A stretch of DNA of 64,000 bases from the NCBI GenBank assembly GCA_017654855.1, contig CM030336.1, positions 992,001-1,056,000 on the forward strand, in the 5' to 3' direction. Of this stretch, positions 39,278 to 51,188 are shown piece by piece. The translations under genes were made by a program, and so were the position numbers. Under the pieces are notes generated by a model. It made no database searches. It saw only the letters and a program-made list of their open reading frames with translations, and was not told where the DNA came from. This DNA is from Podospora anserina (taxonomy: Eukaryota). Positions within the stretch are counted from its first letter, which is position 1. Each line of letters begins with the position of its first letter.

Positions 39278-39774
39278 GAGCGTTAGTTTCCGGACCCTGC
39301 ACTTTTTCTCAACGCACCCTGTGGGGCCCCTAAGATGTATCACGGACTGAAACCTCGTAATTTGTATGGTATTTTTCGACTTTTGCGTCCAACTATCACC
39401 GTCGCTACAGTTCAACGGTACACCTTACTACCGTCAAACCAACTTACTGCCGTCAAGCTAACTTACGGCTATCAAACTAACTTACGGCCGTCAAACTAAC
39501 TTGAAGTAATAGTAAGTAATGCTTTTTAGGGCAGCTTAAAATAATATCGTAATAAATTTTTAATAGTTAAAGTAAGGGTAGTTAAAGTAAAAGTCGTTAA
39601 AGTGAGGGTAGTTAAAGTAAGGGTAAGTATTAGGTATAACGGCAAATAGCTATATTACAGTATAATTCAATAAAGCAATTCGATATTTTTTTAGCGGGAG
39701 TTAGGGTTATATATAGTGGATTTAGCCCTACAGGGTACGTTGAGAAAAAGTGCAGGGTCCGGAAACTAACGCTC
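39278..39774. mobile_element. Non-autonomous TIR element (Mutator-like GAG...CTC termini), 497 bp
   Basis: ~50-bp near-perfect TIR GAGCGTTAGTTTCCGGACCCTGCACTTTTTCTCAACG; 8-bp TSD TTGTCAAA (39270-39277, 39775-39782); four internal 19-bp tandem repeats (~39424-39500). Confidence 0.88.
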
Positions 39775-40531
39775 TTGTCAAATAGCTATTTACCATTAGA
39801 CGAGATTAGATCCTGCAATGAGAGTGTCATTTTGCTATGCTGGTCTAAAGACAGGTGTGTCTTACCACTTGCCGGGTTCGAAGTATTTCCAAATCTTTCT
39901 ATGACGTGGTTTCGGGACTCAGCTAACTCAAGTTCGGTAGCCCTATGAAACTATCAGCCCCCATTCCCAACTTGAGCTGTAATAGTCCACTGCATGATGT
40001 TAAACGCCAGCTTAAATGGGGCCTCGGGGCAAGGGAAAACATTTGATTATCCGCTACTCGATATCTCAATGCCGAAGCACTAAGCGTTGTTGCTGCACCT
40101 TACAAGCCCACTCTTGTAGTCGGTAAGCCCGGTAGCCGCGAATGTTTCAGCATCTCGGCGAACATCCGTCGAGAAAACACTAAAGATTGAACCGATTGGA
40201 GCGCTTCGTGAGCAATCGTTACACGCGCTTCTATGCACCCCACATTACCAACGTAACATTGGTGTTGCAACGACTACCTTGCCCTGGCCTGACGTTGGCA
40301 AGCTCCGGCTTGGCACTACCTTGACCTTGATATCTTTGCCTAATCCATCACGGCAAACGAGCCGCAATGCTCCGTTCGGAAATTCAGTTCAAGCGAAAAG
40401 GCCATGGTATGACAGAGGGAAAGGGGAGGGAAGAGATAAAAGGAGGAGACAGTCGCCCTCCGGACCATCAGCATGTCTGGTTCTGACGAGTTCTCTTCTC
40501 CGGCAAACCAACCCCGTTCGCATCAGTCAAC

Positions 40532-41620
40532 ATGATCACCATCGGCACCCTCGCTCTCGCCCTCCTCACCGCCACCCAGGCGGTCGAGGCCCAGTCCTCC
40601 GGCTGCGGCAAGGCGCCCCCGTCCTCGGGCACCAAGTCCATGACCGTCAACGGCAGGCAGAGACAGTACATCCTCCAGCTGCCCAACAACTACGACCGCA
40701 ACAAGCAGCACCGTGTCGTCATTGGATACCACTGGCGTGATGGCTCCATGAACGATGTTGCCAGCGGTGGCTTCTATGGTCTTCGTCAGTTGGCCGGTGA
40801 CAGCACCATCTTTGTTGCCCCCAACGGCTTGAACGCCGGTTGGGCCAACAACGGTGGCGAGGATATCACCTTCACCGACCAGATTGTTACTATGCTCAAG
40901 AACGACCTCTGCGTTAACGAGGGCGAGTTCTTTGCTACCGGCTGGAGTTACGGCGGTGCCATGAGTCACAGCGCTGCCTGCTCTCGTCCTGGTACGTATC
41001 CTCGCCTCCATGACGAAGCCATAACCCAAAATTCGTCTTGCTAACTTGATACCTCACCAGACGTCTTCAAGGCCGTAGCCGTCATTGCCGGCGCCCAGCT
41101 CTCGGGCTGCAGCGGCGGCAACTCCCCCGTCGCCTACCTCGGTATGCACGGCGCCGCCGACAACGTCCTCCCCATCTCCATGGGCCGTCAGCTCCGCGAC
41201 AAGTGGCTCCAGACCAACGGCTGCACCTCCAAGAACGCCCCCGAGCCCTCGTCCGGCCAGCAGAACCACATCAAGACCGAGTACTCGTGCACTCGCGCCG
41301 CCGTCACCTGGATTGCCAACGGCGGCGGCCACGTCCCTGACCCGAGCGGCAGCAACGGCGTCAAGTTCGCCCCCGGCGAGACCTGGTCCTTCTTCAACGC
41401 TGCCGTCGGTGGTGGTGGTGGCAACCCCAACCCCCAGCCCCAGCCTACTACCGCCCCTACTAATCCCCAGCCTACCCAGCCTACTAACCCTGGCAACCCT
41501 GGTGGAAACTGTGCGCCGAGATGGGCGCAGTGCGGTGGTCAGGGATGGAACGGCCCTACTTGCTGCGAGAGCGGGAGCACTTGCCGTGCTTCTAACCAGT
41601 GGTACTCTCAGTGCCTTTGA
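40532..41620 (+). CDS. Secreted carbohydrate esterase family 1 (feruloyl/acetyl xylan esterase-like) with C-terminal CBM1
   Basis: Signal peptide; [19 protein letters not shown] nucleophile motif; intron 40992-41060; P/T/N linker; CBM1 [16 protein letters not shown]...NQWYSQCL; strong codon bias. Confidence 0.92.
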
Positions 41621-42134
41621 GTTTCGGGGGTAGTGCGGTGGAGCATGTCTTGATGGGTCTAGTGATCATAGTTTCATTCAATAACAATGGAAAATACCAG
41701 ACGCCTCAAGATCAGCCATTCAACTTTGCCGGAGTGGGTAGTACTTGTTGTTTAAATATCGAAGAGAGTAAGGTAGTCCTGGGCGGATATGCAGAATTTC
41801 GGGTGGAAGTGTGGGCAAAATTATTATGTTGAGTTCTAAGAATAGGGGGTATCAATGATGAAGCGAAATTCTCGTCAGAAATAAACATTAAAAGTTGACC
41901 GTCTCAATGACTGGATCTGCCATAGCCTTGATAAGGTGCATAAGGTTTAAACAGCCCTGATACCACCATCCGCGTGACCCTGATCCGTATCCTGTCGCCG
42001 CGGAGAAGCAGGCGATTGCTGACCTGGACTCATCGTCGGCCCGATGACCACAGTCCCAGAACCTAGCACAGGTCCAAGAACTGCATTTAGGTTTCCCAAG
42101 ACCGGCCCCCGCGTGGCAGCTGTTGTCCCGCTGT

Positions 42135-43405
42135 TCATCGAATGCCCATCACTGACACTTGAGGAAGGAGGCCGGGATAAACTGGCAAAGGTGTGTCATC
42201 CTGCTCCACCTGCTCTCTCGCGCGAGTTCCCCCATTAGCGCTAGCCCTACCACCACCACTACCCCCTCCATTGCCGCCTCCATTATCTCCTCCAGCATTT
42301 CCCATCTCAATTCTTTCCTCCACACTAACCGGCTTTTTAGGCCCCAGCCAGCGCTCAGGATACTTGTGTCGAAATCCCCACAGAAGCCACAGTTTAATCT
42401 TCAACCAAAACGACATCTCCTTCCACTGCTTCCTCAGTTCCTCCTGGTCCTCGGCGTTCCTCCCGACTTCGTATTTGGTGACAAAGATCATGAGCAACGT
42501 CGCAATAAACCACCAGCATACCGTGCCGCACCGAAGAGCCCACCGGCCCAACATCAACCTCCTGAACCAGAAAATATTTTCAATAAAGCCGAGAACAAAG
42601 AGGGCTCCGACGATGGTAATCATGACGGCGGGCCCTTCTTTGATTTTGCTGCAGCGTCCGAAAGCCTGATGTGGACAATTTTTGATCCGCGGATCCTCTC
42701 GCCTGGCAGGTAACATTGTTTAAGGTAGTACTCGATGCCCCATGCATACGAATCTCTCAGTGCCTCGATGGGCGCTGGCGCAATGTCGGTTGGTTGTACG
42801 TGTAACGTCGCAGATGTGTAGTAGGAGGTTTCGGTGAGTGCCACATAGTTGTCGGCGGAGTAAGCCCAAATAGTTCTTGTAGATGTAACAATAGTAGGTT
42901 CTTCGGCGCTGGCCTTCGGGCCCAGAATAGTGGTGAGCTCTCTTGGAAGTCGTCCAAACTCCTCGAGGTTGATCGCTGTCGTGTATTCCAAGGGGGTTGG
43001 ACAGGTGGTCGGGGCGGTGTATGTCAGGTTGACAAGCCATTTTGTCGTTCCCTCCACCGTGTGGGTGTAATAGTAGTCGAAGGAGTCCGCCTCCAGCTCG
43101 GAGGGGGGGAGCGCGCCAGCAGGATAATAAACCTCGAGTACCTCCAAATCCCACCCGTTGTCAGTCTCAGTCGAGGTTGTTATCGGTGTTGCGTCGGGTG
43201 GCTGGGTTGTATGTGTGGCCAACAAAGGATATCCAAGTCGCGTTGTGGTGCATGGTTGATTCGTTGCACCAGACTCGTCGCACCCAGAAGGCGAGGCAAC
43301 TTGGTTTAGGACATATATTTGTGTGGCAGTCCAGAACCTCGCCGCTGCTATTGGGTACAGGCTGGCTGTTACCACCAACCGTGCTAAAAGGCCTATCCGT
43401 GCCAT
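42135..43405 (-). pseudogene. Secreted Thr-rich glycoprotein with C-terminal TM segments, split by a -1 frameshift
   Basis: Signal peptide in ORF 42620..43405; TAPTTCP motif; continues via CYLPGE/DPRIKNC into ORF 42135..42716 (TM helices) after a 1-nt deletion at ~42700. Confidence 0.65.
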
Positions 43406-44040
43406 GGTGAAATGTTACTGGTCGAAGCACTGACACCAAAAGTGAAGGGTCACGATCAAGGGCGGCCTTCTGGCGCATTTAAGACGAACACCTCAGGCGT
43501 CCTCAGTCAAGCAAACCCAACCAACACTGCCAGCTCAGCCCTCTTATTATTGGACCTTGGCAAGGCGAATATCAAGGGTTGGTTCTCGGCACAAAGCTTG
43601 GTGGCTTCACGGGAGAAGCGAAATGAGGGAGCCTACTTGACACTAACAGAGCGTCAGCTATTTTACATGGAGACGCGATAGTATTGACCGTAGCCAAAAC
43701 AGAAAGCATGCACTCCCAAGCTAGCCCCGCCAAAGTAGGTTAGCATGAAGGCTTTCTTTTCGCTCTCGATCCAATGAACAAACTGCATATGCCCTGCACG
43801 GTTCTTGTGTTTTCCATAGCGCGGGTACATGCTGGCATGCTGCGCCACAGATAAAGTTGACTTCAAACCTAACCCTGATTATGACAATTACCCCTGAACC
43901 CCTTAATGGAAGACGCAGGACATAGCAATGAGCTTGAACACAAACAATGGTAGTGCTCATCTACAATCTCTCACACTATGTACCATCTCACCGGATTTGC
44001 CGCTGACGAACGACACTTTCTATCCGATCAAAGGCCTACT

Positions 44041-45836
44041 CTTGTTCTCGATGAAGTCGGCACGCCATGATGTAGACAGGCTTGCTTCGGGATTCGTAAA
44101 CTTCTGGACGAGAGCCTTGATCATTTGCTTTCGTGGTGCTGGCATGACCAAGGTATCGATGGCATTAGGGTTTATATTGGGCTCAAAGCAATAAGCCACG
44201 TCAAGGGCTTCTGTTGCAATTCATTATTCGTCAGCAAGTGCTCTGGGGAGGCATTAACACCGTTGAAGACATACCCCAGGTTCTGGACTTCAGCACAATG
44301 CCGTACAAAAGCGAGTCGCACAGCAGGTATCTGTGGTTGGGATCGTGGTCTCCAGATCCCAAACTGAGATCCTGAACACGAGTGGGGTCTAGCAAATCGT
44401 ACGACGCATAAGTGAAATTTGGCGGAGGATGAGCTCGTCTTCCGTAACTGGTTAAGAGCATGTTAGACGAGAGGTTTCTCACAGGTCAGATGGGTGGGCG
44501 TAGGTAACAAGGTAGTCTTACCATTCTTCACAGCCACACATTGCCAGATTGTGTCCGATGTCGTTCGTATTGCAAATCTCGGGTGCCGCCGTAGGCTATT
44601 GAGCGTAGTAAGCTGAGGAATCTACATATACCCTGCCGTTGAGCTAGGTGATGGTGGCAGTTCTATCAGCAATGCACTGAAACAGCTGGAATAAATCCTG
44701 GTATATACTCACTGGCCCTGGGTTGGTGGCTTCGCGTAAAGGCCCACGACGCAACCCTTCGATCAAGGCGCTCTCCGATGGTTGCGGCTCGTCCCGATTC
44801 GAGTCGTTGTTTTGGTCTGGAGTCTAGCTTCCAGCGAGCGTTGGTCAAACAGCTCGCCATGGTAACGCATCTGCTTGCCAAGCAAAAGGTTGTACCACTT
44901 TCTACCGTTCTCTTCCAACTGTCTTTTGGTCTTGCCGCCATCAGTTTTGTCACGATACTCACAAGGAAACACTTTCAATGAAGTAATTGCACGTTCCCCC
45001 CCAAACGGGGGAAGAACAACCTCAGTCGAAGTTCTGCCGACGAACCGCCCGTCGTATCTCAAAGACCACAGCTTGATTTTGTAGGGTTCAAGGCGTTGCT
45101 TCACGTCGGAAAGTATGGCAGGGTCTGATACCACCGACTGTACCACATAGGCCTCAAGGTTACCTCGGAACTCGAGGTAGACAGTAGTGCCAGGCTTGAA
45201 CAAAAGCCAGAGCATCTGGAAGGTGCAGAGATCTTTGAGATGCAGGATGCGTTCAGCATCTATCTTGTCCTTGTAAACATTGGTGTGGAGATAGTCGAGG
45301 AGTAGTCCGAGATGTTCTGTGGTCTTGGGGTCCAACGCGCTATCCTGTGGACCTTGACGCAAGCTCTCAAGCTCCCTCAAATGATGCCCAATGACCGCAT
45401 ACGGCTCATCAAGCTCCAATGATTTCCCTTCTAGATCAATCTGGGGGTAGTAGCGGACAACCGTGCGAATAGCGTTGACGAGAGCTTACGATTCGATTAT
45501 GATCTTTGTCGCATGCACATTCACAGTGATGGACGCGTCACTCAGGATATGGGATAGCCTGTCGAGTCTCGATTCATCTGAGAGGTACCTGAAGGCCTCT
45601 GGTGAGTGAGAAGTCTTCAGAACGGTCACCACGCCAAATACCGAGGCTTTGAACTTCAGGACAGCGTGGCGGGCGACATCGAGGTCAAAGGTGGTGGGAT
45701 GGGGTTGTGTGCCTATATCTCCTCCTTCTCTGTCGAGGTATTGCACCGAGTATGCCACCATCGGTTGCTTGTTCCCATCCGCTTTCTCCTCTGGAGGCGG
45801 AATGTGGTCGAAACCTTTGCGTCGATAGATATCCAT
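44041..45836 (-). pseudogene. Second large fungal AAA+ ATPase (same family as 35079..39052), truncated at both ends
   Basis: IIIES..LVNAIRTVVRYYP, EPYAVIGHH, TFQMLWLLFKPG, YDGRF, NGRVYVDSSAYY (followed by a TAG stop), HRYLLC..YGIVLKSRTW, AIDTLVMP..RKQMIKALV, WRADFIENK; homology is lost just before the expected Walker A. Confidence 0.8.
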
Positions 45837-47522
45837 GCGGAAATGAGTGAGAACTTGAGATTTGTCCAGAAGAAAACACAAATGGCAAACACAAAAGAAA
45901 TGCAAAGGCTTGTTGTGGCGCTGTACGTCCAAGTGTTCAAATTCCTCTGCCACGCCATGTCCTTCTTCCATAAACGGCTCAAGAGATTTCTGGCGTCATT
46001 CAACAAAAGATTCTATGATAAGACGGTCAAGGCCATGGTCGACGGTATCCAAAAGACAATCGGCGACATCCGCAACGAGGCACAACATACGACTGAACTG
46101 CGTATCGAGCACATGCACCAAAAAATGACCGATATGGAGCCAATTTTGGTAAGGCTGCAACAACTCGGAGTCCAGACCCACGCGGACACGCAACAACAGG
46201 TCAACGTGAAACTTGTTGTGGCAGCAATTGGGTTTCAGAAACTGGGCGAGAATGCTGTACATCAGCTTGAAGGTATCGAAGACCAAGTCACGCACGGTAA
46301 GTTGGCCATTGTCTATCATCCTAAACCCACGAAAGGGCCACGGGGCCACGAATGTGCCGCGGGGCATCGAATCACCGTTGTCACACAGAATGTCAGCTCA
46401 CTTTTGAGTCGTCGCCTCCATTGCCTCTCCCGACTTCTACCCGCCTATTTAATGTTGAGTGTGGTAGCCCACAACAGCAGTTTTACTTCTGCATCTACCG
46501 ACGAGTTCCAACATTAGAGACATCACTACGCAGTCTCCACAACAATCCTCCAACATCCCGCCCGCCTTGACAGTTGACGAGTCAGCCAACAACCTAGAAA
46601 TGCCCAAATCAAACGCTATGGCGAAACTTCCCAACAAAGGGCATTCGACGAACCTGACAGAGGGCATGACAACCAGTGGTAGTATCTTCTGTTTGACCAC
46701 ATTTACACCCATAGAACTTAACTGACATTGCGATGGCCGGCAGAGACCACGATGCCCGAAGACTGGCGAATCCAACAATACACCGAAGCCCTCAAACCCT
46801 ACATCGAGAGCGCTGAAGAGTTCCATAGAGCCCAGTCCAACCCACAGACAACCATGGTTCCGCAAGACGTGTACGCCGAACTCAGCCGCAGGATATCCGG
46901 ATCTGGCTCCCGGATGATGTGGGTGGAAGGCCCGGACTCCCCTGGCAATCCTTTCCTTTCCCAGGCCGCCCTGAAAGCCGTCGATGGAGTCATGAACGCC
47001 GGAATCCCCTGCATTTCGTACTTTTGCAAGTCCCGATATAGCTTCGCCGGCAGTGGCAGAAGCGGGAGCAAGTCAGCATTATCCCATAGAGACGCGGCAG
47101 TCGTATGCCTCCTCTACTCCATCATCCGCCAACTTGCCTGGGTGCTTCCCAGAGAAGGCTTCAAAGCGGGCAAGAACCTTGACGGTGACCAATTCGCAAA
47201 GCTCAACGGGACCTTGCACAGCCTTCCCACCGCGTTGAACATCATCAAGGCACTCCTCGAATACACACCGCCTGTAATAAGTTGGGTCATTGATGGGCTG
47301 CAGTTCACAGGGGACAAGGAGAGCATGGGAAAACTTTGGAATTTGATAACTCTCCTGCGCGAGCACATGCAGGATTCGAGACGGGTGTCCAAGACTCTGT
47401 TCACAACTGATGGCCGGAATCAAGTGCTGGTGCGCGGCACAACGGCGCGGGAGAGGGTGGATGCATTGGGGCTGGTTCGTGCGAGGGGAGGAAAAGCTTT
47501 TCCGGGTGCAGTTTACATGTAA
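45837..47522 (+). pseudogene. Second NACHT-like protein with degenerate Walker A, N-terminus missing
   Basis: Helical EMQRLVVALYVQVFKFLCHAM..F segment, then MMWVEGP (no GK), SYFCK, LLYSIIRQL, SWVIDGL, KTLFTTDG; starts abruptly at the junction with the opposite-strand AAA gene. Confidence 0.75.
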
Positions 47523-49831
47523 CGTATATTAGAAGCGAGTCGTACATATAAGCGAGTCGTACATATAAGCGAGTCGTACAGTCTCCACCACGACGCGTCC
47601 TCCTTACACCTAACATCAATTTTTTCCACAACCCAACATACCTCCTACTTCAAAGGAAGCCAGGATACTCTTAGCCCTTGAGGCTCTCCAAAAGGACGAA
47701 AAATTAAGCCTCCGAGCTATAGCTAAGCTTTACAACGTACTACCTATAACTCTCTCTAACCGACGCGCTGGCCGGCCTATACAACGCGATACTACACCTA
47801 GATCGAAGAAGCTTATTTAATCCGAAGAGGAGGCTATTATTTATTATATTATTAAACTATTTACGCGAGCTTTTCTATTAAAGTTACGTAGTGTGGAAGA
47901 TATAGCTAACTAACTATTACGCGTACGCGACGCGCCCCCTATTGGTAAGCTCTAAATATATAATTTTATTAAACGTTAATTATAGTTCTATATACGTTTT
48001 ACGCGTAAATATAATTACTAGAGAATTAAATACGAGGATCCGAAAATTATTATTATATAGTTTATATTTATACGGAATATTAAAATTAAGTATAGTATTA
48101 TAAATAATAATATTTATAACTTTAACGAAATTAAGTTTATAATAAATATTATTTTCGTAAGTATAATAATTATAATTTTAAACGGCTTTAATAAAGTAAA
48201 ATTAATTTAGTTTAATAACCGTAAGTGTTATAACCCTGGTACAGGACGGTTGTGGGGCTACGGGAATAAGGGGCTAATCGGGAGAACGTATAGGGGAGCC
48301 AATTACAGTAAAGGCAGAGTGATCAGTGTAATCAAGGCATTAAGCAGACTAAGCAAAGGTAATCAGTGTAATCAGGGTACTAAGCAGACTAAGCCGAGGT
48401 AATTAGTGGCCTTGGGAGACTAATTACGGCTTAGTATAAGGACTATATATACGGAGGAACTAGCTAGTATAAATAGATAGTTCCGCAATATATAATTTAA
48501 GTTTATATTTACGGTATTTAGTGTTTACATTAAGACATCTTATCGTGCACTATTTAGCTACACCAAACTAATTATTAAAAGTTACCTTTAACCAATATCC
48601 CTTTTAAAAGTTCTATACAGGGGTTCGTTATAGTAAGTAAATAATAATAATTTAAGGAATTAATATTTTCGGCTAAACTATCCCGCTCTTTATTAATTTA
48701 ATTATATAATATTATTTTACTAATTAATATATCAAATATAATTTATTATTTATTTAATATATTATAATTATTAATAATAATTAAATTATTAATCTAATAA
48801 ATTTAAATTAAATTTAATACTTCGATTATTATATAGCGTTCCGTACGAAAAATAAATATTAATTATTAATCTTTAATAATTATAAAAATTATTATTTAAT
48901 TAAATTTAAATATTATTATTAATAAAATAATATTATTATTAATAAAATAATATTATTACGCTTTATATACTTTTATATTTTTTTTACTTTTTTTAATTAT
49001 TTAATATTAATTACTTTAAGCCGCTAAAATAAATATACAGCCGTTAAATCGAGGGTTTAATATATATATATATTAATTATATAAATAAATTTAAATTTCT
49101 TTATACCTTTCGCGAAATTTTTTTCGCTTTTATAATAAAAAAAAATATATAAAGTAACTTTATAAGTACTAACCTTATATTATATAATTTAAAAAAAATA
49201 TTTTCTAAATTAAATATAAAGCTTTATACGTTAATACTTTTATCTTTAAAGCCGGGTACGGTACTCCTTTAGGTATTTTAAATATTATAAAACCCCCGAA
49301 AAATTAATTTATATTTAATATTTATTAAAACTTATATTATTAATTATTAAAATAATTCCTTAACTTTAATATTAAATATTATAAATTAATTTATTAAAAA
49401 TAAAATAATTATAATATATTAAATAGCCCTCTTATAAATAAAGGTCTTTTCGCTCCGTAAGGCTAATAAGGTACTAAGTAAGTGCCGGAGAGCTAAAAAA
49501 TACGTATACAGCTCGGAGGATTACTTACTGTGTAAGATATATAGGATCTATTAAACTAAAAGGCCGTGGGTAGGGAAGTAGTAGAAGAAATATAGCCGGA
49601 TAGCGGTAATCTAAAGGGGGCTCGTACGACGGTTCGGTGCTGTGGTATATGCGGCAAGCCTGGCTATAACGCGCGCACTTGCTAGGAGGCTGGGGAATCA
49701 TCTGATTCAGCCGTTTCTAATGTAATTGTAGTTACTTCCTAATGTTATTGCGGTATAATTGAGGATAGTTGTTGTAGGGTGGTGGAGACTGTACGACTCG
49801 CTTATATATACGACTCGCTTATAATATACGT
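47522..49831 (+). mobile_element. Pogo/Fot1-type Tc1-mariner DNA transposon, RIP-inactivated
   Basis: TA TSD; TIRs ACGTATATTA.AAGCGAGTCGTA with internal 17-bp repeats; relic transposase from KEARILLALEAL to a C-terminal RCCGICGKPG(Y)NARTC zinc knuckle. Confidence 0.92.
48226..48632 (+). mobile_element. Solo LTR nested in the pogo element
   Basis: 5-bp TSD GTAAG (48221-48225, 48633-48637); TG start; 3' half shared with the LTRs at 27044 and 61132. Confidence 0.88.
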
Positions 49832-49860
49832 TAGTTATCTTTTGTGCTGTTTTTGGTCTC

Positions 49861-50155
49861 AGCTTTATCCCGGCGTTTTAAGCTAAGATTATGACCTTTA
49901 AAGCTAGGGTAGTGTCTATTTAAAGCTGGGATAATGTCTATCTCAAGCTGGGGTAAAGTCTATTCAAAGCTGGGATAGTGTCTATCTTAACCTGTGGTGA
50001 AATATACCTAATGCTGGGATAGTGTATGCTTGATGGTGATTATCTTAACTGTAAAGGACTTTTATCCCAGCTTTATAAACATATTATCCCAGCTTCTTAT
50101 ATCATTATCCCAGCTTGAGCGTGCGGGTACATTAATCTGCTTTAAAGGTACATGT
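49861..50155. repeat. 22-bp degenerate tandem array (AAGCTGGGATAGTGTCTAT core) with inverted copies
   Basis: Six 22-bp units at 49899-50030; reverse-complement TTATCCCAGCT copies at ~50062, 50085, 50105 and a TTATCCCGGC variant at ~49865. Confidence 0.75.
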
Positions 50156-51188
50156 CATCCGAGTTTCCAAGGACTTTAATCCCGGTCTGTGGTGTTCCCT
50201 AAGGCCCATCTTTATCAGACACAAACCTTGTGCTCTCGGGGCTTGGCTTTTGTTGGTTTTACACACTTTTCTATAGCTTTCTTTTCTTCCTGTTAGTTTT
50301 GCAATATTCATCACTTTTGCCCTGTATGTTTAGCCTCACTTTTGGTGACGACGTCACACACAACCCTTTCAGCATCACTCTTGACACAACTTTGTTACAC
50401 CACAACTTTGTGAGTACAATTGTAAGACCATATTATCCCAATCTTCGAGTGAGATTATGCCAGTTTTGAAGGGCCGTTATCCAAATTCAGCCAGTGATCG
50501 TTTACTGGTTTGCCTACTATAGATGCAGGACACGAGCCCTATTTATGACGGATAGCTAAATGTGGAAACTCGTAGCAACGCTAGGTACCTAGCTACGACC
50601 CTGCCGGTTGATAGAGTGCCGACGGTGTACATCTGCTATGTTCTAAGCTGACATCAGTCATCATACGCGCATAGCCAGTCAAACCTACCTAGATACCTAC
50701 CTAAAGCGATGATGACTAAAATAAGCAGCGGTGAACGTGCCCGTGAGTTTGAGACTCTTTTCCGGAGCAAAGATGGACCGGCCTACCTTATGCAATATGT
50801 TGACGCGGTACGACATGGTGGGATTCATATGTCTGGATCCGGAAGGTGATAAACGTCGGTTTGAGACACTTGGGGCTTCAAGACCACTTTTACGAGTTTC
50901 CGTCGTTGGTAGGTATCAACAAAGAATGCCTTCAACAGGGCAGAGTTACGAGTACAGGGTGATTAGAAGAGGTTCACAAAGTCATCACCGATGGGTCATT
51001 AACACGGACCATAAGCTCCAGAATTTCATTCCAAAGTAACTGTCATTGCCCAAAACGACTACGGGTAAATAGTGAGCATGTCAAGGTATAAAGGACGTTG
51101 CCTCACCAGCCTTTCATTCTCTCTCTTACTCGCTCTTTTCATCAACAACCCCACCAATCAACCTTCAACAAACAACTTCACTCGCCAA

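Noticed and set aside
49899-50030. CRISPR-like array
   Set aside because: The units are contiguous degenerate tandem repeats without unique spacers; there are no cas genes and the context is eukaryotic.
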